Position numbers and translations under genes: made by a program. From contig KZ538913.1 of assembly GCA_000934665.2 (NCBI GenBank), positions 1 through 40,632 on the forward strand: DNA of 40,632 bases. Direction: 5' to 3'. Of this stretch, positions 1 through 12,900 are shown piece after piece (position 1 is the first letter of the stretch; each line of letters starts with the position of its first letter). Below the pieces are notes generated by a model. The model searched no databases. It saw nothing but the letters and a program-made list of their open reading frames with translations, and was not told where the DNA came from. The stretch comes from Catajapyx aquilonaris. Its lineage: Eukaryota.

Positions 1-2445
1 GGGGAGGGGGGAATTGTTGCGGGGGTGGGCAGGGTGGGGGTACAGGGTTGATAGGCTACGCGTGTCTGCCCGCCTTGGGAACTAGCTCTGGAGGCATTTT
101 CTTTTGGACCATATTCCAACAACTGGCACCGCCAACACTCGATGAAATTAATTCCGAGGGGTCCTGGTTGATTTTCAAAATTGAGAGGGAAAAGGGGGGA
201 GGGGGGGATTTTCAATGGGGAGGACCGGCTGGTATTAACGAGGGTTTTAATTGGTCACTTGCCTCTCGAGGGAGGTCCGGGAATTGATTTGCATTCTGTC
301 CACAAAAAAATACCCGAGTGTAAAAGTGTGTCAGACCGAATTTTCCGGAATGAGATTGAAAAATCGTGAATAATTTCGTGTGTGAAACAAGTCGTTTGAA
401 AAACTTTGGCTCAATCTATCCCTCAGGTTTCTTATTGCTTTGCCTGACTGAAGCTCTGATGAGGGACAGAAAAGTTTTGAGTCCCGTGGAAATTCTGCAT
501 TAAATCCCAGGCGAGAAATTTCAAGTCCCTCAAGAAAAGGGGAAGTTTCCGCCTGGAAGTTTATGCAGATGTTATGAGTTTCGGGGCATAATAAAACAAT
601 ACGAGTATTTAAGCGGTGTGAGACTAATCGGAAACAAAGACTACTGTGCATTCCTGTTAATGTACGGATTCGAAAATTTGGCTCTAGAAATCTTGCGTAA
701 TTGATATAATTAAAATGGGACACAAAGATATGCCTCGTCCTATATACGTTTAGGAAACGTGTATCATACGGGGAATGTTACAGTTTTAAGTTATTGTTTA
801 AGTACTTCATCTCTCTTCTAATATGCTTATTCTCTCCGTCACATGTTTGTCCGACCTGATAGTACTGTACTGCTATCTCTCGCACGACCCAGTGAGGGTG
901 GGGGAGTGTGCAGAGGGAGTATGCGCCATCCATGCGTGAAGTATAGTACTACGTGGCCCCTCATTAAAGTTGCTTCATTGTTATGGTCATACTGATTACA
1001 GGTTTTGCCCAATTTGGGCACCGGGTTCACTATAGTTTATTCATTAAAACATATTAAAAATTAACGAAGAAAGCTATTCAGGCATATCTAGATTAATAGC
1101 AAGGTACCTATATGGTAGGCCTACACATCTCGAGAAATACAACCGGACCAAGGTATACCCTGGATATATTCAATACTATTCACTCACCAATTATGCTGGC
1201 AGCTGGCCGTGATGCATTGTTTAAAGAACGTGGTGAGACGGGGCACATCTATTAATTAATTGCGGGTTTCAGGGAGAGATGCCAAGTCAGCCCACGGTAT
1301 TGATCATAGTAACAGTACCGGTCCAGCGGGAAGTCCATTACACAGCATGATTATTTCAGCCGCTCATTTGACACACTTTCCCATGGACACGGGCATATTA
1401 TGTAATCCAGGAATAATTTCCCGAATTGAACGATGCAGTATCTGTCTCTTCCGGTACAGGGTGCGTCACAATGATTCTGAAGTGGTCTGTATTAACCAAC
1501 ACCTCTTTGCATTGTTAATATTGGCATCCATAACCCCCCCCCCCCCACANCCCCCAAATGCATGCATATCCCTAAAATGCCGCAGTTCAATCCCCATCCC
1601 AATTCAATCCCTCCATACTTACCTGTGGACATACGCGACTGGACACATTCACGCTTGACCCGTGACCTTTGAAGTGTGGCAAAAACCACGGACGAATCCC
1701 AGGTTGACAGCAGTTGGAGGCATATTGGAGAGGGTCGGTTTAGGGAGAGGTTTGGACGGGGGGATGGGGCTGCTGGAGGGTACATATAGGTGGACATCTC
1801 CCCACCCTCACACACACACCCCACCAGTCCCCGAGGCTGTAGAGGTAAATTTGCATGCATTAATTATGCGCAGAGGCAGAGAGATAGAGGCAGAGGAGAG
1901 AAAATTGCCACATGATGGAGCCCTAGGTTGCTTCTTGCGGGTCGAATCTCATCCTCTTCACAACCCACCCTCCTCCTCCCCATCCTCCTCTTTCGCGACC
2001 TTGCTTTTGCGGAGATAACATCGTTTTCGTTTGCAAAGAGCGATTTTCCTTCCGCGTCAACCCTTCTCTAATTCGGTTACTCGAGCTGACAAGGTTCGAC
2101 ATATGGAGAGCTCCAGGGCGATTAAAAACGATGCTCTCTTTTTTTTAAACTTTCAAATGTGGTATTGCAGATTTGTGAATTTAGTCTGATTAATAAAACG
2201 GAGGCGTTTGTTGCTATTTGAATCCAATTTGCATGTAAGCCAGTGATTAAATTGGGATGAAAATCATTAAGCCGGTTGTATTAAGGAACGGCCGGTAATG
2301 CCCGATTGCGTCCGATTCTGTATTGGGTATTGGCTTAATGCATGGGGCCATATTATTAGAAGAAAATCTCTGATTACACATTATGAATATCTAAATACAT
2401 TACTTTCGTTCAAAAAACCGAGCCTTTGTACAGCTGCTGCTAATA

Positions 2446-2474
2446 ATGATGATGATGATATGATGATGATGATG
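2446..2474. repeat. Interrupted (GAT)n microsatellite
   Basis: atgatgatgatgatatgatgatgatgatg. Confidence 0.8.
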
Positions 2475-3711
2475 CGTGAAATTATTGATAGGACTCGAAG
2501 TTATGCAGCGTCGCATTTTCTTGCATAAAATGTAGGGCGGCTTATGGTGTATACGTTATAATTATATGCAATAATTCAAATCCTTGCAGTTAGTCGTCAC
2601 AGTCGTTGCTAATAACCGGGTAGCGTTGCAATAGAATTGCGGCAATTAAACGCAGATGTAGCTGGGAAATTGCATACTTGACCTTGAGGCTAAAAATAAG
2701 CTTTGCCATCACGCTCTTTACGCGCAATTATTAATGCTACGGCACGTGTAATCCTCGATTCAAAAGTGGCCATTCAAACGCCTGCAAACTCCATCATCCC
2801 AAGCACGTGGTCCCAAGTATAATCCTCAGAACGTATTTGCGACTGTCAGAACCGTGGTCAGGACAGCGCAAAAAAAAAAGAAGTATGGCAGTGGTTTTAC
2901 AAATAACAACTGCCATAGTTCGGACACAGGAGAGCTGGCCTTTGAAGCAGACAACACCATCTGGGGATTGGTCAATTCTAGTTTTGATGCACATCGCAGC
3001 ACATGCAAATGCGTTAATTTGTATGAAGCAAACAAAGGTTGTTTCAGTGCGGTGGAGATTTGAATGGTTCAAAAGAAACGTCAGCTGCTCCAGTTGCTTG
3101 TTTTAGGTCCAGCTAGCTGATCGCCCCCTGCCTCTATATGGCTGCAGTTAATAATTCATCTGATTACCACATGGCTGCAGGATTTTACCGGCAGGGAAAA
3201 TTCGCAGTAGGGGGAACGTAATCGAGTTTAACTGCGCTTTCGCAAAGTTGGTTAGCTGGAATCTGTCTCCATTGGGCGAAAAGCATTTCGAATTGGGTTT
3301 GTTCCCCGACTTTTTTCCTCGCTCATTTTTTCACCCCCCCCNNNNNNNNNNNNGCCAGGTTCTCTTCCATCATTCCCGCCCCAAAACGAGATGGGCTGAT
3401 TTTGAACTGTAACAAAGTGAACAGAGCAACGCAAGCCATTAAGGCAGCAGATTCCCTTTGATCTCAGACAGTCTCTCCTGCCCCCACGACCCTTTCCATC
3501 CCTGCCCTAACCTTCCATCCTGTCTCAGCCTATTCCACTTGGAGCAATACTTGCCATAGAAGGCATCGCTAGTAGGCCAAGTCGGGGAGATGCAAATTGC
3601 ATTTGATCTGTGCTTTTAGCGTGATTACAAGCAGGGTCACACTCAACCATCTTCTGCCGTCATTCCTAAGCACCAGAATCACAATTCAGGAATTAAAACC
3701 AAAACCCTCTT

Positions 3712-3717
3712 TTTATT
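3712..3717 (-). terminator. Polyadenylation signal AATAAA of the FAAH-like gene
   Basis: tttatt on the plus strand about 77 nt past the stop codon, followed on the minus strand by a GT-rich tract (ggttttggttttaa). Confidence 0.6.
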
Positions 3718-3762
3718 TCCATATTATAGCACAAAAATAAGTGGTCCCTATTGATATGTATG

Positions 3763-3781
3763 GATTGATTGATTGATTGAT
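3763..3781. repeat. (GATT)n microsatellite in the FAAH-like 3' UTR
   Basis: gattgattgattgattgat. Confidence 0.8.
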
Positions 3782-3793
3782 ATGTAATCATGT

Positions 3794-3907
3794 CTAAGTG
3801 CAAGATCCTTTCTGGAGTTCTTGCATCACACGTAGCACCATCTCTTCCTGCCAGGGGAAGGAGGCCACCTGCACACTAAGCGGCAATCCTTCACCACCTC
3901 GGACCGC
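3794..3907 (-). CDS. FAAH: FAAH-like last coding exon AVRGGEGLPLSVQVASFPWQEEMVLRVMQELQKGSCT*
   Basis: Hand-translated (too short for the ORF track); acceptor tattttcag|GCG, stop TAG at 3796-3794; GLP-x-x-VQ...PWQEE amidase C-terminal motif. Confidence 0.92.
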   Translation of the reverse strand, partial: AVRGGEGLPLSVQVASFPWQEEMVLRVMQELQKGSCT

Positions 3908-6900
3908 CTGAAAATAATTTTGCCATTAAGCGTCGTGTAAGGTACTGTACGTATATACCACCACCACAACTGATGCTGCAAGACATGCTTATGTTACACA
4001 AATGATTCTCAGTTTCTCACTGTCAGTTCCTGATGAAAATTCCATCACACTTCAATATGATAAAGTGATGATATAGTGACTTGGAGTAAGTTTGACCTTT
4101 TTTTGCACATAAAATAACTAACCTTTATGAACATCACCAGTCCACGAACTTTCTGTCACATCATTTAATGTCAAACATCATCATTCATCACAATATCAAA
4201 TTTTAATACAAAAAATGAGCATCATTATTTTGGCAGTGATTATTTTGGATTATCCTCTGACGATGGGAGCATTGTAATTAACGGAGTGCTTACGGATATG
4301 ATCAGCTTTCACTAATCAAAAAGTGGCAGGGATGTGAAACATAAAGAGAGATGGGAACTGCTTCCTCCAGGCTCTAACACATGGCAAAATCGTACAGTTT
4401 TCGTACACGGTACTCATACTGAGATGGATTTCTTTACGGCCGACACATTCCATGGTTCAAAAACACATTTGTGGCCAACTGTCAGTGTATCATAATACTA
4501 CACCAGTATGGCCTTCGTTTTGTGTATAACATGTCACGACAAACCCATCGGGAAATTTGCTATATGACCGTGGCTTGTTTTCATCTGAATGACCTAATAC
4601 TATAGTGGGTCAGACATAAGCATTCTGATTTAAACAGAAATAAACAGAAATATTCCCCCATTTTTTGTGTCAAAGACTCATAGAAGCCAAAAGGAGAAAA
4701 CTATAAAATTGTTAGTTTATTTCATATTTTCATTCAGAAATCAGCAATACGTGTCTATACAAAATCAAATGTTTTTGGCAAAAAAGTTGGAGGGGGAGGA
4801 AGGCAGGAAACAAAGAATTCACCATTAAGCATGTAAGAATTATTTTAAGTGTGACTCCGCAGAGTTTCAAATATATATTTACATATTTTGACAAATTACT
4901 CAGACTAACTTTTGTAGAGAACAAGGGTTTCACAACAAGTAAATGGCTGGAGATTGTTGTCCTCAGACTGGCAGGCAACAGGTATTTTTACACTAATAAA
5001 TGAGCATGACTTACCCTTTTAACCATTGTGAAGACCAGGTCTCTCTCTCCAGAAGGCCCATACTCATCCAGCTTGGCTTGGTCCTCCTTGTTTTCAGTAG
5101 TTATTTTCACCACACCACAGGGAAAATCCAGCAGGTTGAATATCAATGTGTACATAAGGCCCGCTGTAGAAACACAAGATACATAACTATGGTGAGCATT
5201 CATGGGATAGAACAACATGCTGATCTGCTACATAGCCCCATCAAACACATGTGAAATTTGTGGTCACATAATTTGCCCAAACCTTTTTCATCCAAAAAAT
5301 ATTTCACCCTTTTAAATTCTCATCCAATATACTTCTTCGTGTAAATGGCACTTCATCCAAAAATTCCCTCACAGAGTAAAGGCTCCATTGCAGCAGTGAT
5401 GGTAGAATGTTGGTGGATGATTGATTCTCACTGTTACTGTCACATTATTATTGTTGTCATGTGAAAAACAATCACGAGAAGGAGAGATCCACCATCCATG
5501 ATCTACACCTGGGACTGCACGTTGCCTTTGATATTTTGACAAAATTTATGGGGCAACATGTCATGTTGGATGAAAAGATGAATTGGATGAAAATTATGTT
5601 AAAATGTCTTTGGGTGAAATTTCATTGAATGATACTCTTATGTCTTTAGTCAAAAATGGCTTGGGAAAAGTCATATGATACTGAATCAGCATAATTATTG
5701 GAAACAAACTACTCTGATTTTAATACTCGTACATTGCATGAGGGGGGGGATCAAGTAATGAATATTCAAAAGTCACTCGCTGTTTGGGATTCCATTCCAG
5801 AAAGACATTTGTGGACTTTTATGGTGCAGTACATATAACTTCAAATTGTCTGTTGATAGGTGGAAGGTGAGTAGACAGCAGATGCTTCAAATATGCACCT
5901 AGGAGCAGACAGCTCCTATTCAATTTTGTGTATCAAAGGAACCCGGACATAGATTTATTGGATAATGCAGAGCCACAATATGGATATGCCACGTACATAA
6001 CTGTCACCTGGCTGCAAGTGGTGCAAAATTGTTAAGGTGTGTTCCCAGTTTTGCAAGAAATGGTTTTAGCAAAAGGGTGGGTGAGACTGAGAAGCCAATT
6101 CTGAAACCCCATTGGTCCATCGAGTCATCTGTGAACTCAACAGACAAAATAATGGAGTTTGTTCATTCTTTCCGTAAGATTGCTTCTCACGAGATTGGAA
6201 TACACCTTTGGAAAGGTGAAAGTAGTATGACTGACACACTGCAGCCAGCCGATGCAAATCAAACTGTGAAATGTGACAATATTTTAATGCTATTTGTAGG
6301 CAGGTGACTATGAGACACATGGCAACCATATCCACATACTTGCATTCTCCAAAACATTTTAAAACTTTGACACACATAATTGAGTAACAACTTGCCTCTT
6401 CTTCTCCTGGGTGCATGCCACAATGCCAGAAGGGGTGCCACCATCTTTAAGCAGCTGATGGCCACATTCTCACAATCTGCCTCTTATCTGTTCCCTCTCA
6501 AACAGCATCCCAAATAGTAGGTTTAAAAAAATTTACTGCACATTCAGACTTTTCATTCAATCCATCCTCATCTATAGGGAGTACGAGTATGTTAATTCAT
6601 TTGCAAAAATGATACAGGTGATAGGTGATAGATGTGGAAGAAGCATGGCAGGTGATATTAAGATGCCCAATGTCCAGATGCCTATTTCTTTCAATTAACA
6701 ATATATAGAGAAGTCTTATGTTTCTATTTATGTTGAATCTTTCGTATGTTAACCCTGTACCGTGCATTGTGACTTGAGGGCAACAATTAATTTGCGCAGG
6801 CGCCATAAGCTTCAGCGTTGGTCCTGGAAACCACAGTGTGGCTTGATGTCACAGTTAGTTTGTTAGCTTCCGCTAGATGACAAGCAATGTCGACAAATGA

Positions 6901-9900
6901 CACAGTCAGGATACAGTATGAAGCAGAGAGAAGCCAAGGTCATTGAAAATCATGCAAAATTTGAATTTGCTGAAGCAGCAATTGTTTCTGGAGATGATTA
7001 GAAGTAAGTGCCGATATTAAATATCCAATTCCATGTGTAAACTGCAAAGAGTAGCTCTCTCATCGCCATTTGCGGCCATTCTTATTTTGCCAGCACAATT
7101 TCATCACAATTTTTTGGGGGCGCAGGCACAATATCGCTTGCAGTTTGAGTCCTAAGTCATTGTGCGTATTTTTATTCAGAAACGGTAACATGTACAAATA
7201 TGACCATTGCTACGTTTTTAAGGTCCGGCGATTTCACTTTGGACTGGAATATAGATGGGCCAGAGATCTCAAGGGGGGTCGGTAAATGAAAGGGGATCGT
7301 GACCCCCCACCCCCCCGCTGCATGCGGCGGTGGAATGGTGGGGGTTATGATCACCTTTAGTTTTCTGGCCCCCCTTGCAATATGGATGCCATCAGATCAA
7401 ATTGTAATCGCCGGACTTTCAAAACTTAGCAAAGATCATCTCTGTATGTGCTACCGTTTTTGAATAAAAAAATACTGGTCATGACTTTTCACTCAGCCCA
7501 TCTATAATATTAAAATCCTTGCGGTGTTTGGCCCAGCCATCTGATTGGTCAGCCCCCATATTGTTGCCGCCATTGTTACTGCAATGTATTGTTACCATGA
7601 CGCCTCCGATTGGCCCCCGTTCTGAGCATGCACAATGGGGGGAAGAACGCCACAGTCGCTTGCTGGACGTCAACGAGGACACATCTCCATTCCCGTGGAG
7701 ACCCCTCGACCCTTCTACCTTCCTCCACCCATGTCTTCACGGTGACCTCACAGCCGGGGAAGGGGAGAGGAGGAGGAATGGTCGAATTGGAACGTCGTAA
7801 ACAAACCGAACATAGGCTAGGTTGGGATGTTGTTTATCAGTGGTGCCAACTCCATGGACACTGAACCCAGGCAGGATAGGTCGAGAACGTCAAAAGAAAG
7901 TGTCGGGAAGAATGAAACCAGTGTTTTGATCATCTAATACAAACACTGCAGAGTTCCATGGACATTATAATAGGGGGGAGTTATGAGCAGTTAGAAAAAC
8001 GTTGTCGAAAAGCGTGCAAAAATTAAAAAATTAAAAAATAAAAAATTCAAAAGGTATTGGTATGTTGAGGTGGGAAAATGCATATTTCCCAGCCAATGCA
8101 AAGCAAAGGTGGGATTGGAGATAGGTCACAGGGTACGGACTCACGGATATGTGAATGCATGGAGGAATGGGTGGGGGTGTATGCGTGTGAGTGGGAGGTG
8201 GGCATCATCATTGGCAATAAGTTAGAAGCGATTCAAAATATGGTAGGCAAAAAGCGAGCAAAGCGAGTGGTTTTCTACGCCAGTGCCATAGAAAAATACG
8301 AGCGTAGGGAGGGTTTTTCTAGTGTATCTTCAAAGTCATTGAGTCAGAGATGACCAAAACATAATAAAAACCATCCTTACGTCACCTACTATTATAAACA
8401 GGTGTTAGAATTTTTTTCCCCCCAAAATCCTAAATGTGTGCAGTACAGGGTTAATGTGAAGCACAACAACATGAATGAAATGAATAAATTCATTAATATC
8501 TTGGGATTATTTCTAAATAATATTTTAAATTGGTTATTTGGATAAAAACGTAAATACTTCATACAGAAAAGGATGGACGGATCCCGGGGTCCAACTGCTG
8601 GGAATGGTAATGATGGCATGATGACAGCATCAAGGTTCAAGTGACGCCACTGATCCGTAACCTGCCGAATTAGCTTTTCCCGCACCTCATTGACCTCCCA
8701 GAGATCAAGTGTTCTTAAGGCACGAGTTCCAGCAGTGAGTGAAAGTGCAGTACGTGGTGAGATCAGTCCCAGAATTGGTTTCAGTGCTTTCTTCACACAT
8801 GCTGGAAGCAGGCAGGCAATCTTGTTTGTGATCAGGAGTTGTGCTATAGACTCGTGTTTCCAAGATTCCAGGAAGTAGGCACCACCATCAGACAGGAGTA
8901 TGTCAATACTAGTCTGGAACACAGCTTCCCCATCAGGAAGCGACACAGGAATAATCTCATGACCAACACGTTCCAGGATGGCACGAGATTCATCAACAGC
9001 ACGTTGCATTCCAGGAGTGGGTGGAAAGTAGGGCATCCCGGAGCACACACCAATTCGTAAGCTTCGTTTGCTTGAGTAAATCTGGAGATAAAATCTCATC
9101 ATTAAAGAAGTCTATCCAGACAGCTAGCCTGAAATTTTTTTTAAATGCGAGTAACATTATTCAAACGCAGTGGCATAAAATACTCATAATATTATGTGTG
9201 CAACAAAATTATTTCGCACTGGTAGCCTTACCCTGGCCAATACAGTGAAAATGACGCATGCTGCAAGTCTCTCATGAGTTATCTAGGTAATAGTGGTAAT
9301 AGTGTGAAAAATGATGCAAGGTATGTTTACACTAACATAAGAGTAGTGACATACAGAAAAGAGCCCTAATATGTCACACCTCAGGTAGTGAATTTTATAC
9401 CCAAAGCTATAGAATGTGGATGAAACGATGAGGAGCCAAAATCCCATTTTTTACCATGCAGGATTGCAGTGACTCCAAGCCTTGCACCTTGCCTTTGTTT
9501 CCTGCGCTGTTTTCGAAATATAGTAAAATAATACAAACAATGGTGCCCTTTGTTTCATAACAGCTAGAACAAAGGCTTTTTTCCTGAAGTTATATCCGAG
9601 AGACCACTTTGAGCAAATGTAACTTCCCCTGGTGTGAACACAAGGAATATCAATGATCCATGCTAATAAAATCTAGGCCATGCTAAATCATTGCAAAAGC
9701 AGAGACGGTGAAATATGTTAGTGTGAAGCAAGTGGGAATGATTGTACCTCATTATCTATTAGATTATCTCCATAATATCACACAGGAACCCTGAAATGAA
9801 AAAATTTTCTCATTCTAAAAAGTTGGAGAGAGTGAGGAAGTGATTCTCACACACATGCAACACTCCCAACAGCCTTCTCACCAATATAGAGATGTACAGT

Positions 9901-12900
9901 GGTACAATAATCCTAAAGAGGTATGTGAAGACAAGAGTGGAATGTTTTGTGTAATTTTGCGCATGGCAAAGGTGTAATGCAAAAATCCGGACCCAACATA
10001 GTAGTACGTAGGTCACGAGATTATACCCCATCTAGTAACTCGTTGTTTATTTACAACCCAAAGACAAATATATTGTCCTGCACCAAATGTTCGCTTATGT
10101 TGGTAATACATGCTGAGCAAATATAACCTGAAAACTGGTTACAGATCTCAGTGGCAATGATAAACCCAGTTCAACCAGTAGTAAAAAAGCAACGCACCTC
10201 TTCCCGCCATGGTAGTGGAACACTGGTCGGATCTAACTCATGCAGCAATCCAGATTCCAGTACTGCCTTCGAAGCAACAACTATGTCATCCACATCCCTT
10301 GCAAGGAATCCAGGTGCCACAGTAACCAAAATTCCAGGCATATGTGGCACTGATGATCGTATGTCCTTGTAAGTCAACCGCTTCCCAGTGGGCTTGAGTC
10401 CCGAGATTCCACAGAATGAGGAAGGGATCCTTATACTCCCGCCAATGTCACTTCCTAAACCTAGAGGTGATCCTCCAAGAGCAATTAATGAGCCCTCTCC
10501 TCCAGATGATCCACCAGCCGTTCGTTCTGGGTGGGTAGGATGGCAAGTGGCCCCAAACACTGGATTTTCACAACCAAAACTCAAAAGCGTCTGAGGTACG
10601 TTAGTCTTGCAAAATGGGATGGCACCTAGGCGACGCACTGTCAGCAGAAATGCTGATGTCACTTCCTGGGGATGATCAAGCCTCTTGGAGAGCCCTAATG
10701 TTGTGTCATGGCCTTTGACATGGTAGTTGTCCTTCACACTAACTGGCAGACCGTGTAACGGTCCTCGGGAAGATGCTGGAATGGTATCTAATTGCTGGGC
10801 CCATTCTTCAGCCTCGGAAAGAAACTCTGTGACACAATTGCAGCGACGGGTAGCCTCCAGAGCCCGGGATTGGTAGGCCTGAAGAACATCAACTGCTTTC
10901 AACCGTCCTTCCTTCAGCTCTAAGAGGAGGGAACGAACAGGCAAGGATGTGATACGAATTCGCTCCTCTGTTACAAGAACACCATCCACCTCAAGCGAAT
11001 CGGCCATGTCCTCAGCTTGTTTGCGTCGTGCATGGCGGCGACGCTCTGCCTTCTCACGTAGAAGTTTCTGTAATGAAAGATAATCAGTCAAAAACATTCC
11101 CTTGAGTTGACTTTCAGGTGTCTGTGTGAACAGCTTATTATACATTGCGCAAAAGGGTTGAACCACACTGCATCATTGTCATCAGGCTTTAGTTACGCTT
11201 GATGAGATAGTCAGTCCAAACTAAGTTGGAACAGGTTTCTGGGTTTTCCCTTACTCTCCTCTCCCCATGAGGTCCTCTGGGAAACTCCAAAAAAACCTAT
11301 ATAAATTTAGCTTGAACTTACTCTAAGCTTGACTTCATCAATACTCAAGGCCATTTTTATTGGTTAATTCAAGGGCAATAACTTCCATGCACTGAATGAG
11401 CAAAAAATATCTGTGATGATGTGTTGGGTGGGCATACCAGCATACACACAAGCTCTTGCACAAGCTACTACATCACCTATAACCTCATGGAGTTGACTGC
11501 TGAAAATTCAGTCTCGTGGAATTCATCAAGAACTAATCCTGATTTTCATTAGTGTTACTTCTTCACACAGACAATCATTTTGTGTACGAGTCTAACTGGG
11601 GGAATTACAGGAAAGGTGAAACTGAAGAGAGAAACATTTGTTGGGAACAAATTATGCAAATCTCTCCTTAGCAATTTCCCTTGAATGTCACAAAAACACT
11701 GCCTACAATGCAAAACCTTATAACTCCAGGCATGGCAAAAAATTAGATTAAGGTTACACATGAAAAAGTCATGATTTCTTACCAGCCTGAAAAACCTTGC
11801 AGTCCATGAACCAGCCTAATTGCATGTTTTGGACTCCCTAGTTAAAACCTAACAAAAACCATGCAATTCACACATCTACCACATTTTCATATGCAAGACC
11901 TTGGATTTCCGAGGGTTTTCATCAAGGTGCCCTTAGATTTGGCTCATATTGCTAATTTTGAATCAAGATAACTATCACACAAAATAACAATGGCATAACA
12001 AGTAATGACGGGTCTGAGATAAAAAACAGCCAAGTACATTTTTGGGGAGTGTTACACAAATACGTTCAGAAATATGTATTTGAAAGTCATTGGGTATATT
12101 AATGGCATATACCTGTATGTAGCTGAACTGCAGCAACATATGGATGTAAAAATATTCAAGATTGTAAGTGAAAATTAAGTAATCATGAGTTTTTTATAAT
12201 TTTACAAACAGTTTTTCCTAGCGGACTTGGCCGTTTTTGATCTCAGACCCCCTCAAATGTCAATATATTTAAATACAGTAAAACCTTGATATAACGCTCT
12301 TCAAGGGACCACCCAAAAGTAGCGTTACATGCGGGATAGTGATATATCGAGGTTTTACTGTATGTACCAAAAATACATGGCAACTAAGTGCAATTTTGCC
12401 AGGAACTACTGTATTTCTAATAAGCAATCTTGGTGATGAAACTCTCTGTAAAATTAATCTATGAGTTGAAAGGTTTTGCATTACAGACTATGAAAATTGA
12501 ATTACCAATCAGCATGTGCACTGGGTCATGCTCCTTCAAGTATCATGATAATTGCATATTTATAACTGAATGCTGGCATGGAAGAACGTTGTAAGTGTCA
12601 TTGTGGCTGTTTTGAGTTGACACCGTAGAAACGTAGGAAATGACCAGCTGGTTTGAACGATATAGTCCACCCAACTCATTTACCCGAGAAAAAGCCGGAC
12701 ATTCCAGCAACAGTGCATTCACTTTGCACGGGATCCACAGCAGAAAAACACTTCTCCTGAAAAGTTGCCAAAAATCATTTGCAACTTCTTCCATGCCAGC
12801 ATTCAACTATAAAGGTCAACCACTATGTAATGGTATCAGTAGTCACGTCATCAGCTCATGCGTCATCAGTTATTATGCGACACTGCAGAGTGCAGACCTT

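Noticed and set aside
456..492. Hammerhead-like CTGATGA followed by a GGGAC...GTCCC stem
   Set aside because: The stem is followed by GTGGAAA rather than GAAA, and I could not build stems I and III with an NUH site.
4023..4195. Possible intronic C/D-box snoRNA (minus-strand TGATGA motifs and a distal CTGA)
   Set aside because: Box spacing is long, and I see no terminal stem or recognisable rRNA guide.
11068..11166. N-terminal part of the 331-aa ORF (MVQPFCAMY...) as the FAAH start
   Set aside because: It is intron sequence upstream of the acceptor at 11068-11069; the exon at 13630-13764 supplies a better N-terminus with a membrane anchor.
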